Source: an uncultured Bacilli bacterium (GTDB taxonomy: Bacteria > Bacillota_I > Bacilli_A > RF39 > UBA660). From it: a stretch of DNA of 64,000 nt. The stretch is from contig CAJTWC010000003.1 of the NCBI GenBank assembly GCA_910580185.1, positions 103,093 through 167,092 on the forward strand. The letters run 5' to 3'. A program made the translations under genes and the position numbers. The notes under the pieces are model-generated. The model ran no database searches. It had not been told where the DNA came from and saw only the letters and a list, made by a program, of their open reading frames with translations. Of the stretch, positions 40,421 through 50,650 are shown piece by piece (position 1 is the stretch's first letter; each line of letters begins with the position of its first letter).

Positions 40421-42178
40421 CTAATCAATTTCAATGTCACTATATGTCCAAGTATCATAGTTTCTACCTCTACATATAGTAACTTTTTCTTTAGAACACT
40501 TGCTTGAATCATCTATTTTTACAACAGCACATACTGTCACATATCTATTTTTAGATGGGTTACATTTGCTTGAACCTGTCATATAAGCACTACAACCTGT
40601 TCTTTTATAAAATGTTTTGTTATCTATTGCAGTACTGTGCCAAGAAATATGATGATTAGTTTTATTAAAGCTACTTCCCCATTCTCCTGCAAATCCTTCT
40701 AAAGTAAAACTATTCTTCGTTTTTAATATTGCGCATGCTTGTTCACCATTGGTTTTATTATCAGCGTAAGTCCAAGGCCCTATTCCATTGCAAGAAACAT
40801 TAACGCCTAAATTAATATCAAAACTATCAATCATCCCATATATATCATTACTTTTAGTTATCTCACAAGTAGTACAGTTTTTTGTATCTTTTTCAGTATC
40901 ACTTGAGCAAACACTTCCGTCATATGTAGATATTTTTTTTACGGTTCTAGTCCTAGTTTTTATGCCCCCTTTGCACTTTCCATATTCTGACCAAGAACCT
41001 TTTTGGGTTTTTATACCACCACAATCGGAATATCTAGTCGTTTTATTAGAACAGTTATTATTAGAATTTTTATCTTTAGTATTACTTTCTTGCAATATTT
41101 TTCCATTACCACACTTATTACTACACGTTGCGTCGCTTTTATTATACCAATTTCCATCTGTTACTCTATTTTGCACTTCACATTCTTTATACAAAGTATA
41201 CTGATTACTAATAGTATTTTCATTTCCGGCTTTATCTTTTATTTTAACTAAGACATTTTTTGTAGAGCCATCATATTTAATATTATTTTCAAAACTGTAG
41301 TCAACATTATTTTTAGTCCATTTTAATTTTCCTACATTCTTATTTTCAAGATAATTTGTATTTCCTATTTTAACAAATTCTATTCCACTTAAATTATCAT
41401 TTACATCAAAGTTTAATTTAACATTCCTTGATGGCCATGTATCTTTACTTTTAATTGATATGTTCCCATCAGGCAAAGTAACATCCCTACGGTAGCTTAT
41501 TTGCGTCATATATTTTTTTCCAGATGAATTAGTAACTATAATATTCAATGTTTTTCCGCTTGTTTCATCAATTATTTTATATTCTGTACCAGTTATATTA
41601 CCAATTATAGTTGATATAATAGGGCCATTACCATTAGTTTTTGGGTATACAACAACACTCGGATCTTTATGTTGAACATTAAGCCATGATGGAAAATTAT
41701 TATATTCTTTATTGCCATATTTTGCTTTAACCACAGCGGTAGGACCACCTGGTTCTATCATAGCAACGGAATCAATAATATCACAATTTTTATTTTCGGA
41801 GTATTTTGAACTTTCATCAAATTTAACATCATACTTATTTTTAACTTTTGTTACGTTTACTATTGCACACTTCGATATTGATTTACCCGTAACTGGATCA
41901 ATTACTTTATTTAAATAATCCTCTTTCACCAATTTTCCTACAGAAATATTTCCATTACTACCATTTATTAATCCTTCAAACAAATATTCATTATTAGTAA
42001 AATATTCTTGCGCTGCATCTTCTATTTCTTTTTCTACGAGTTTCCATGAATCTTCCTTTTTAGCTTTACTTACCCTATTAAAATTTATTATTGCAAGTAC
42101 AAGTATTAATAACATTAATGATATTGTTATTATCAATTCAACTAATGTAAAACCATTTTGCTTTTTCATAAAAACCAC
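40421..42178 (-). CDS. giant prepilin-type protein paralog (585 aa), Cys-rich
   Basis: N-terminus NG|FTLVELIITISLML; the first roughly 110 aa are near-identical in pattern to 38285..40303, then divergent; KDKAGNEN Ig-like segment. Confidence 0.65.
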   Translation of the reverse strand: MVFMKKQNGFTLVELIITISLMLLILVLAIINFNRVSKAKKEDSWKLVEKEIEDAAQEYFTNNEYLFEGLINGSNGNISVGKLVKEDYLNKVIDPVTGKSISKCAIVNVTKVKNKYDVKFDESSKYSENKNCDIIDSVAMIEPGGPTAVVKAKYGNKEYNNFPSWLNVQHKDPSVVVYPKTNGNGPIISTIIGNITGTEYKIIDETSGKTLNIIVTNSSGKKYMTQISYRRDVTLPDGNISIKSKDTWPSRNVKLNFDVNDNLSGIEFVKIGNTNYLENKNVGKLKWTKNNVDYSFENNIKYDGSTKNVLVKIKDKAGNENTISNQYTLYKECEVQNRVTDGNWYNKSDATCSNKCGNGKILQESNTKDKNSNNNCSNKTTRYSDCGGIKTQKGSWSEYGKCKGGIKTRTRTVKKISTYDGSVCSSDTEKDTKNCTTCEITKSNDIYGMIDSFDINLGVNVSCNGIGPWTYADNKTNGEQACAILKTKNSFTLEGFAGEWGSSFNKTNHHISWHSTAIDNKTFYKRTGCSAYMTGSSKCNPSKNRYVTVCAVVKIDDSSKCSKEKVTICRGRNYDTWTYSDIEID

Positions 42179-42253
42179 CTTCTTATTATATATTTATATA
42201 TTAACACATCAAAACTTCTAATTCAATTAAATAAACCTTACTTTACGTAAGGC

Positions 42254-42814
42254 TTATTTCTTTTTAATATAAATTGCATTTATCTCTTCTTCATTTCTTT
42301 TTAATATAAAATTATCAATTATATCTAAAACAGCATAAATAATAATAAATATACCTATTACCTGAGTTATCACTAAAACACTTTCAAGTGGATTAATTAA
42401 AAGTATAATACCCCAAGCAAAAGTTAAAAACGATATTAATAACGTGTATTTCCAATCTGTTTTATCTAGTTTTTTTAACACTAAAGCATATTGGAATTTA
42501 GTAACTGAATTAACTATAATCCATATTCCTAATATAATTGGAAATATGGTTGCAAGCATAGTAGGATTAAATATCAAATACAATCCTGCAATTATAACAA
42601 GCACTCCATATACTAAATCAAAATCAAGTGCATTAATACCATAATCTGATCTAAAGTACCTTATTATTGATAATGATCCTAATACTAATAATACTCCTCC
42701 TATTATATATGAGATAGTTGTTATCGTAGCATCAGGTCTAATAAATAAAAATAATCCTAATACTACAAATATAATTGATGTTACAAGTGATAAACTAAAA
42801 TTTTTCTTTTTCAT
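42254..42814 (-). CDS. HdeD/DUF308-family small membrane protein
   Basis: Repeated short TM helices with the DUF308 pattern (IIFVVLGLFLFIRP...GVLLVLGSLSII). Confidence 0.5.
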   Translation of the reverse strand: MKKKNFSLSLVTSIIFVVLGLFLFIRPDATITTISYIIGGVLLVLGSLSIIRYFRSDYGINALDFDLVYGVLVIIAGLYLIFNPTMLATIFPIILGIWIIVNSVTKFQYALVLKKLDKTDWKYTLLISFLTFAWGIILLINPLESVLVITQVIGIFIIIYAVLDIIDNFILKRNEEEINAIYIKKK

Positions 42815-42879
42815 TCTTTTCCTCCCATATTTTTATTATAACACTTAATTAGACAAAAAAATGGTAAATTTACCATTTT

Positions 42880-44355
42880 TTATCTTAATAATTTTTCACC
42901 ATCAAGGTCATATGTAACTGTCTTATCATCAATATATTTTACATGATAATCAGCAAGTATATAAGACGTAGGAACATTTTCATATGATATATTATTACAA
43001 ATTTCACTAATACTTTGTTTACTTATCTTTCCGCTTAATACATCTTCTTCAGAACAATATTTTTCAAAAGATCTTTCTGTCATTAAATTATTTTTTTCCT
43101 TATTAGTTAAATTAATTTTTTCACCTGTTATAACATCATCAAAATACATTCCATTGCTATCATAAGTAATATAACCACATGAACAAGCTTTTTCGTGTTC
43201 ATATAAATCATAATCGTATAATATTCTTAAACGTGCTCCATCTTCTCTTATAAATAAAGCTTCATCGCTATTAGCTGTTAATCTTGTGCCTACTCTTACT
43301 TTGCTTGTTAAATCAAATTTATGTGGGCTATCTATAGCAATTAAGTTTTGCATTAATTCTTCAATTTTTATTTTAGATACTACAGCATTAATATTTTTCT
43401 TACACACTTCTTTAACATCATAGCTAGATAATTTTAATTCCATACCATCCATAGTATCTTCTATAAAAGCTTTAGAAATAATACCATTAATCGCAGCTTC
43501 AGTACTAATAACTGAACAAAATGGAACTGCCCTAAAATCACAAGAATTAAATTTTGAATCATCATTCAATTCAATAGTTACCCCAGTTATAGCATTTTCA
43601 AAATATACTCCAAAAGCACTATATGTAATATAACCACAACTAAAAGTATCTTCGTATGTAGATGAGTTACTAGTAACTAAAAGTTGTAAAACAGCACCAT
43701 CTTCTCTTTTTAATAAAATATCATCTTGATTAATAAGTTCTATATCATTATTTTTAGTATTATTCGTTTTATTTTTATCAACAATACTTGAGTCTAATAA
43801 ATTATAAGTACACTCGCTACCTTCTACACTTTTAATTTTAAATTCTGTATCTAATTCAGTTAATTCTGCATTTACATCCTTTTTAACAGCAAGATTAGTG
43901 TACGTTGGATAACCCTTATTAGTCAATTTTAATTTTTTCATATTTTTTCTTACTAAATCAATATCAATAATTCCATCTAAAACATCATCTTGCTTACATA
44001 CAGATGAAAAACTAGTATAATAAATTTCACAATCATTAAACATAGATATATCTGATAAATTAAACCTTGTCTTTGATAAAGCATCTTCAAAATATACACC
44101 ATATTTATCATAAGTTGCATAACCTGCATAAAACTTTGTTTCATCAAGACTTACTTTATCAATACATAGTAAGGTAAGTAAAGAACCATCTTCCCTTTTA
44201 AATAATATATCTTCCATTTCATCTAAAGACTCTGTAGCTACTATAGATTGTGTTTCGGATTTAGTTTGATTAGCATTACATCCTACAAAAGTAAAGGCTA
44301 TTGTACCAGCCAAAAGCATTGATAAAAACTTATTATTCACTTTTAATTTTCCCAT
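42880..44355 (-). CDS. lipoprotein with three tandem roughly 100-aa repeat domains
   Basis: Lipobox FTFVGC; repeats LFKREDGSLLTLL.../LLKREDGAVLQLL.../LFIREDGARLRIL... each with CGY(I/A)TY...GVYF(E/D). Confidence 0.55.
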   Translation of the reverse strand: MGKLKVNNKFLSMLLAGTIAFTFVGCNANQTKSETQSIVATESLDEMEDILFKREDGSLLTLLCIDKVSLDETKFYAGYATYDKYGVYFEDALSKTRFNLSDISMFNDCEIYYTSFSSVCKQDDVLDGIIDIDLVRKNMKKLKLTNKGYPTYTNLAVKKDVNAELTELDTEFKIKSVEGSECTYNLLDSSIVDKNKTNNTKNNDIELINQDDILLKREDGAVLQLLVTSNSSTYEDTFSCGYITYSAFGVYFENAITGVTIELNDDSKFNSCDFRAVPFCSVISTEAAINGIISKAFIEDTMDGMELKLSSYDVKEVCKKNINAVVSKIKIEELMQNLIAIDSPHKFDLTSKVRVGTRLTANSDEALFIREDGARLRILYDYDLYEHEKACSCGYITYDSNGMYFDDVITGEKINLTNKEKNNLMTERSFEKYCSEEDVLSGKISKQSISEICNNISYENVPTSYILADYHVKYIDDKTVTYDLDGEKLLR

Positions 44356-44489
44356 TCAAATATCTCCTTCTTCATTTAAATATGTATTATAATAGCATAT
44401 CTTTCCTTCAATTATCAAGTATATTTTGTGGGGAAAATCAAAAAGAAATAGACAATTTGCCTATTTCTAAAGTGTTTCCATAAAAGAAA

Positions 44490-44654
44490 CTACTGTTCCA
44501 TCATATTTTCTAACTTTTTACTTGCGTTTTTCTTAACCTTATTTATTGTTTGCTTAATACCACCATTGCAAGAACATTCATTATAACAATAAAATGCACC
44601 TGATCCTACGGCAACACCTAAAAGCATCCATCCAAGATTATTTAGTGCTTTCAT
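44490..44654 (-). CDS. small (54 aa) membrane protein with a CxC motif
   Basis: GGAAGGTGA RBS 6 nt upstream of the ATG; one TM helix, NECSCNGG, basic C-tail; coordinates approximate to within a few nt. Confidence 0.4.
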   Translation of the reverse strand: MKALNNLGWMLLGVAVGSGAFYCYNECSCNGGIKQTINKVKKNASKKLENMMEQ

Positions 44655-44739
44655 TTACTATCACCTTCCATTTAAAAAATATGAAATTGGCATATTTGAT
44701 CATGCCATTATTAGTATGTAACTTTTATTTTTTCATATA

Positions 44740-46929
44740 CTATAAAATGTTCTCGGTTAATATTTTTTTTAAATTAGTTTTTCTTTCTTTATTTCCTTGA
44801 TTATAAACAGCTTTTGCAAATGATGCTGGATCACCAAGCAAAATAAGAGATCTTTTTGCTCTCGTTATTCCCGTATATACAAGTTTACGATAAAGCATTA
44901 GCCTATAATCATTTATAATTGGCATTATAACTATTTCAAATTCACTTCCTTGTGCTTTATGAACACTAATTGCATAACCGTGCTTTATAGCTTTATAATC
45001 CTTTGGTTTATACTTTACTTTATTACCATCAAAATCAACCGTTATTTCAGTGCCACTAATTTTTTCAATGAAACCTATATCACCATTAAACACGTTATCA
45101 TCAGGCATGTTTTCTAACTGAAGAATTTTATCTCCTTCTCTATAAATAACATCTGCATCATAAGTTTCATTTTTTGAATCATTTTTTGGATTAAATATTT
45201 TTTGTAAAACATGATTTAAGTTATCAATTCCATTTATTCCTTTATACATAGGCGCTAAAACTTGTACGTTTTTTAAATCATAACCTTTGTTTACCGCCAT
45301 CATACAAACGTCCGCCGCTGCCTTTAACACGTCATTTGTATCGCACTTGATAAAATTATAATCATCTTTTTTCTCTAAAAAGCTTTCAGTAAGCTCTCCT
45401 TTGTTTACTTCATATGCAAGTTCTGTTATAAAAGAGTTTTGATCCTGTCTGTATATTTCTTTTAAAAATATCGTATTAATCATATCCGATTCAATGAAAT
45501 CTTTTAAAACTTTACCAGGTCCTACACTTTCTAATTGATTATAATCCCCTATAAACACAAGCTTTACGTTTCTTGGCATCGCTTTAAAAAAGTTAGCCAT
45601 TAAATCTATATCTATCATACTTGTTTCATCCACTATTATAAATTCAGCATGTACTTTATTACGCTCATTATATTGAAACTCCCCTGTTTCCTTATTCCAC
45701 TTTAGATATCTATGAATGGTTGAGGCCGGATATGAACAAGACTCACTCATTCTTTTAGCAGCGCGCCCGGTTGGTGCAAGTAAAATCATTTTTTCCTGTA
45801 ATTTATCAAATGAATAACCGGAAATCATTTTAAAAACTTGCGTTATACCTTTTATTATAGTTGTTTTACCCGTTCCAGGCCCACCTGTTATAATAGAAAA
45901 ATTTTTAATTAAGGCCTGTTTTATCGCACGCTTTTGCTCGTCATTGTACTCTATATCAAAAAAGTTCTCTAATTTTTCTATTTTTATATCTATATCTTTT
46001 ATTTTTGTATCTTCTTTATTTGATAAATCATATACGGAAGATGCAACATAATGCTCATTTTTATAATAATTGGTTAAAATAAACTTATCATCTTCTATAA
46101 TTATTTTACCCAAACTATTTAATTCTACTAAATAAAAATTCAATTGATCTTCACTAATATCTTCTTCGTATACGCTTTTAACGGCATTATATATTGTTTC
46201 TAATTTTAAGTATGTATCACCAGACATAAAGCATACGTTTTTCATAACATAAATAATAAGAGCAAATAATCTTCTTTCATCATCCAAATCGATATTAGTT
46301 TTTTCTCTTAATTCATCGATTTTAGAAAAAGTAATACCATCTATAGTATCTATTAGTTCATATGGATTATTTTCTAATACTCTTATTGTATCTTCTAAAT
46401 AATGATTATATATTTTAAGTGCGTCTTTCATATTAAAACCAAAGTTAGTTAAATAAACAACAATTTCAAAGCTTTCGTTATACTTAATTAATTTATTTTG
46501 AATATCCTTTGCTTTTTTAACAGTTATTTTGGGTACTTTAAGCAAGCATTCATAATCATCTGTTATTAATTTCAAACAATCTTCTCCCAAAACATCAACT
46601 ATTTGTTTAGCTGTTTTCTCACCAACACCTGGAAATATATCACTAGATAAAAAAATGATTAAACCATCTTTATCTTCTGGCATTATTTTTTCATATTTAT
46701 CTACCTTATACTGTATTCCATATTTAGGATTATCAATTACTTCTCCATAGAAAACGTAATCTTCATCTATTAATAATTCTGCAAATAAACCAGTAAAAGT
46801 AAATTGTTTTCCTTTATAATCTAGAAGATCCCCGTCATCAGTTTCTTTTATTTTTATAAGTCCTACCGTAAATCCATCATTAGAAGAAAAAATTGTTCTT
46901 TTAAACGTACCTTTTATATATGTTCCCAT
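44740..46929 (-). CDS. recD2: ATP-dependent RecD-like DNA helicase (RecD2/YrrC)
   Basis: N-terminal OB/HhH region, SF1 Walker A ITGGPGTGKTT, C-terminal helicase motifs; 729 aa. Confidence 0.85.
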   Translation of the reverse strand: MGTYIKGTFKRTIFSSNDGFTVGLIKIKETDDGDLLDYKGKQFTFTGLFAELLIDEDYVFYGEVIDNPKYGIQYKVDKYEKIMPEDKDGLIIFLSSDIFPGVGEKTAKQIVDVLGEDCLKLITDDYECLLKVPKITVKKAKDIQNKLIKYNESFEIVVYLTNFGFNMKDALKIYNHYLEDTIRVLENNPYELIDTIDGITFSKIDELREKTNIDLDDERRLFALIIYVMKNVCFMSGDTYLKLETIYNAVKSVYEEDISEDQLNFYLVELNSLGKIIIEDDKFILTNYYKNEHYVASSVYDLSNKEDTKIKDIDIKIEKLENFFDIEYNDEQKRAIKQALIKNFSIITGGPGTGKTTIIKGITQVFKMISGYSFDKLQEKMILLAPTGRAAKRMSESCSYPASTIHRYLKWNKETGEFQYNERNKVHAEFIIVDETSMIDIDLMANFFKAMPRNVKLVFIGDYNQLESVGPGKVLKDFIESDMINTIFLKEIYRQDQNSFITELAYEVNKGELTESFLEKKDDYNFIKCDTNDVLKAAADVCMMAVNKGYDLKNVQVLAPMYKGINGIDNLNHVLQKIFNPKNDSKNETYDADVIYREGDKILQLENMPDDNVFNGDIGFIEKISGTEITVDFDGNKVKYKPKDYKAIKHGYAISVHKAQGSEFEIVIMPIINDYRLMLYRKLVYTGITRAKRSLILLGDPASFAKAVYNQGNKERKTNLKKILTENIL

Positions 46930-46978
46930 ACTTTTTCCTCCTAACCTTGCAATATGATTTTATCATAAATAAATGATT

Positions 46979-47923
46979 TTAACTAGCGCTAACTTTTTCT
47001 TTTACTTTATTCAACTTATAAGTAGTTAGAAAAATGTCTAAGTCACTTACGTATTCTAATATTAACTTATTATTCTTTCTTGATATTATTATACCCATCG
47101 TTTTATTATGATAAGGTCCTTTTAATGTTTTATCTATTACTTTCATATAATTAAGTGTTTAACCAATGTCTTTAGCAGTTACTTCATCCTTTTTTAGTTC
47201 ACACGCCATGAATCTATTTAACTTATAATTGAAGAATAATAAGTCTATAAAATAATTCTTATCGTTATACGTTACTTTGTATTCACTTCCAACAAAAGTA
47301 AATCCTGTTCCTAATTCTAAGAATACTTTTTCTAATTCTCTTAATATGTATTTTTTAAGTACCTTCTCGCTTAACTTTTCTTCTTCATCTATATTTATAA
47401 TTATTGGGTCATGTAACATATCCTCTATTCTTAACTCATTATTTTCTCTTTCACCTATTAACTTTATATTCTTTTTATCAGCGTATGACAATCTATTAAA
47501 AGAATCTGTTTTAATTTCATTTAATAATCCTCTTACTGATAAGTTATTTTCTATACACCTATTTATATAGTAATTTCTTTCATTTTCGTTACCAAAAGAA
47601 AGAATATAATTCCAATGAGACCAACTCAATTGGGTCAACAGCGTTGACCTTTTCTTATCTTTAAAATAACTATAAAATTTTCTCATTCTTTTCAAATTTT
47701 TCTGACTATAGCCTTTACCATATTGTTCTACTAATTTTTTAGACCATTCCTTAATCAAATTATCTCCATATTTTGCCCTTGTTTCTCCACCTTGAGCTTC
47801 TATTAATAATCTACCTATCTCAAAGTATGTTTTTATCGTTTCCTTATTACTTTCTAAATATCTTACCCTATCATTTACTTCTTTTTCTTCTATTATATTT
47901 TTTATCTCATTAAAATAATTCAT
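46979..47923 (-). pseudogene. DUF1016/YhcG-family PD-(D/E)xK nuclease gene interrupted by a frameshift/stop near 47159
   Basis: ORF 47159..47923 carries the DUF1016 N-domain and GFTFVGSEY...IDLLFFN...ELK nuclease core, then stops. The conserved C-terminal end (…NKTMGIIISRKNNKLILEYVSDL…) continues in another frame at 46979..47146. Confidence 0.6.
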
Positions 47924-47970
47924 ATATTAGCTTCCTTTCTTTTTAGCCATCTATTATATGAACTTCTTTT

Positions 47971-48003
47971 ATAAATTTTGTCGAAATAAAAAAAATACTA
48001 TAA
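47971..48003 (-). terminator. intrinsic terminator after mtaB
   Basis: AAAGTACTATAA-TT-TTATAGTATTT hairpin followed by a T run on the minus strand. Confidence 0.4.
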
Positions 48004-48005
48004 AA

Positions 48006-49304
48006 TTATAGTACTTTTCCAATTAAAATTTTATCTATATATTCTTCTATATATATTTTTATTGTTTTACCAATTAACTCCTCGCAGCCTTCAAACTTAA
48101 CTTTTAAATAGTTATCAGTATGACCAGTTAAATATCCATCAGAATATACCTCTGGTATTACAACTACTTCTTTGCCAACGTACTTTTTATAGTATTTTTC
48201 TTCTTGTGCATCTAATAATACTATTAATTTTTTACATCTACTATGTTTTTCTTCTTTAGTTAATTGTCCACTCATCTTAGCTGCTGGTGTTCCGTTTCTG
48301 GAAGAAAATGGGAATACATGACCACCTGCAAAATCTACTTCTTTTACAAATTCTAAATTTTCGTTAAAATCTTCTTCTGTTTCGTTTGGAAAACCAACTA
48401 TTATATCCGTTGTAATAGCAATATCTGGTCTTATCATTTTTATTTTCTTTATTCTTTCTAAATAAAATGCTTTATCATATCTTCTATTCATTAATTTTAA
48501 AATATGATTACTTCCTGCTTGAAGTGGTATATGTATATGATTAACTATCTTTTCAGATTTTTTTAATACTTCTAAAAACTTATCATTTAGTTCAACTATT
48601 TCAATTGAAGAAATTCTTATTCTTTCTAATCCATCTATTTTTTCTAACTCAGTTAATAAATCACTAAAGTCATAATTAGCTAAATCTGCACCATAATGAC
48701 CCGTATGAATACCAGTTAAAACAATTTCTTTATAACCGTTTGAAACCAATTTTTTAACTTCTTCTATCACCTTTTCAGGTTTCTTACTTCTTACTTTACC
48801 TCTTACGTATGGAATAATACAATATGAGCAGAAGTTCTCACAACCATCTTCTATTTTAACTAAAGCCCTTGTTCTTGTATTAAAATTGCTTATTTCCATA
48901 TCATCAAAATCAGTATTAACAACATCATTTATGTTTAATATCTTCTTCTTTGTTCTTATAGCCTCTTCTATCAAATCTACTATTTTACTTTTATCGGTAT
49001 TACCTATAACGACATCTACATAATCCATTACCCCGTTGTCATTATCCCTTATTTGAGTAAAGCATCCCATTGCCGCAACTATTGCTTTAGCGTTTTTCTT
49101 TCTAGCTTGCCTTATCATTTTTCTTGATTTTTGATCACTAGTATTAGTTACGGTGCACGTATTTATTAAATAAATATCTGCGGTGTCATCAGAAAAGTCA
49201 GTTATTTCATATCCTTTCTTAATAAACTCTTTTATTGCATACTCACTTTCATAAGTATTCACCTTACAACCTAATGTATATACTGCTACTTTCATATAAT
49301 CCAC
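48006..49304 (-). CDS. MiaB-like tRNA methylthiotransferase (probably MtaB/YqeV)
   Basis: MTTase N-terminal GCKVN, radical-SAM CENFCSYCIIP, C-terminal TRAM; lies next to rsmE as in B. subtilis yqeU-yqeV. Confidence 0.7.
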   Translation of the reverse strand: MDYMKVAVYTLGCKVNTYESEYAIKEFIKKGYEITDFSDDTADIYLINTCTVTNTSDQKSRKMIRQARKKNAKAIVAAMGCFTQIRDNDNGVMDYVDVVIGNTDKSKIVDLIEEAIRTKKKILNINDVVNTDFDDMEISNFNTRTRALVKIEDGCENFCSYCIIPYVRGKVRSKKPEKVIEEVKKLVSNGYKEIVLTGIHTGHYGADLANYDFSDLLTELEKIDGLERIRISSIEIVELNDKFLEVLKKSEKIVNHIHIPLQAGSNHILKLMNRRYDKAFYLERIKKIKMIRPDIAITTDIIVGFPNETEEDFNENLEFVKEVDFAGGHVFPFSSRNGTPAAKMSGQLTKEEKHSRCKKLIVLLDAQEEKYYKKYVGKEVVVIPEVYSDGYLTGHTDNYLKVKFEGCEELIGKTIKIYIEEYIDKILIGKVL

Positions 49305-49331
49305 ATCCTTAAAAATAAAAAGCTTAAAAGA

Positions 49332-49949
49332 TTAAGCTTCCTTGTCATTTAATATATCTTTTTTAACACCATATATTGGAGATATAACTTGCGATACCTT
49401 AAACGCCTTTACCTCTTTATCTTTTCCTACATTTATGGTATTTGATACTGCTGCTTCTACTTCGGCAGGCTCTAAATTATATTTTTCTAAATAATTAACA
49501 TTACCATGTTCTTCATCATCAATTAACTCTAATTCCTTAGCCTTTTTCATTAATTCATCGATTGATATAATAGCTGTTTTTTCTTGATCTTCTTCAAAAT
49601 TCGTAAGCGTTATTGGTTTTTCTTCTTCAAGCGCATTTGATATTGCACTTGCAATATCTTCTATTTCTGTTTTTTCATTCGTGTATAATGGTTCACGTTC
49701 TTCTTTTTTTTCTATAGTAACTTCTTGTTTTTCTAATTCAATATTTTGTTTTGATTCTTCTCTTATTTTTTTTAATTTCGATTTATTTTGAATACCTTGA
49801 ATAACATAGGTCATTAAAAGAATCATACATAATATAAGTATAAGTGCCATTATTAGTGTAAAAACCATTTGCCCCTGCGTATTTAAATTGTTGTAAAAAT
49901 TATTAAACGAATAAGACGCTGACGCAAACAATTTTTTCATACTACTCAC
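49332..49949 (-). CDS. hypothetical single-pass membrane protein with an acidic/charged tail
   Basis: Intact ORF; TM segment after 25 aa; E/K-rich. Confidence 0.4.
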   Translation of the reverse strand: MSSMKKLFASASYSFNNFYNNLNTQGQMVFTLIMALILILCMILLMTYVIQGIQNKSKLKKIREESKQNIELEKQEVTIEKKEEREPLYTNEKTEIEDIASAISNALEEEKPITLTNFEEDQEKTAIISIDELMKKAKELELIDDEEHGNVNYLEKYNLEPAEVEAAVSNTINVGKDKEVKAFKVSQVISPIYGVKKDILNDKEA

Positions 49950-50650
49950 CTCATAAACTCATACTTAATCATACTAAGTGCCGCAACTGGTGCTGTTTCA
50001 GCTCTTAAAACATTACACCCAAGAGAAACACTTACAAAATTATTCTCTAATAAATATTCTTCTTCCTTCGGATCAAATCCACCCTCAGGACCAACGACTA
50101 GTAATATTTTAACACACTTATTATTTTTTTGAAGCACTTTTTTGATATTTTTTGTATTTTTATTTAAAGAACATAAAAGTTTTAAATCATAATCTAAATT
50201 TACTATGTCCTTTATATTACTTATTTCCATAACTTTTGGAATATTATTTCTAAATGCTTGTTCTGATGCTTCCTTACATATTTTATTCCATCTTTCAATT
50301 TTAGATTTTTCTTTTTTATCATCTATTTTAACAACACTTCTTTTGGTATTAAGAGGAATTACCTTATCTACCCCTAGCTCCGTTGTTTTTTGAAGCAAAT
50401 AATTTAGTTTTTGTTCTTTTATTAAAGAAAAGGCAATATCTATTACTAAAGTTTTTTCTTCTTTTTTATTTTCAGAGATTACCTCAAATGAGGACTTATT
50501 TGATATGTTAGTTAATTTGCAGTCATATGTAATACCATCGTATACAACTTTGATAATATCTCCTTTTTTCATTCGCATTACATTTTTTATGTGGTGGTAA
50601 TCGCTTTCTTCTAATTCTAAATTTTCATTTTTAGCGAAATACTGTTGCAT
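49946..50650 (-). CDS. rsmE: 16S rRNA (uracil1498-N3)-methyltransferase
   Basis: PUA-like N-terminus and C-terminal SPOUT signature LVVGPEGGF...RAETA. Confidence 0.8.
   Translation of the reverse strand: MQQYFAKNENLELEESDYHHIKNVMRMKKGDIIKVVYDGITYDCKLTNISNKSSFEVISENKKEEKTLVIDIAFSLIKEQKLNYLLQKTTELGVDKVIPLNTKRSVVKIDDKKEKSKIERWNKICKEASEQAFRNNIPKVMEISNIKDIVNLDYDLKLLCSLNKNTKNIKKVLQKNNKCVKILLVVGPEGGFDPKEEEYLLENNFVSVSLGCNVLRAETAPVAALSMIKYEFMR

Noticed and set aside
40788-41251. 138-aa and 82-aa plus-strand ORFs
   Set aside because: Antisense to the pilin paralog gene; shadow ORFs.
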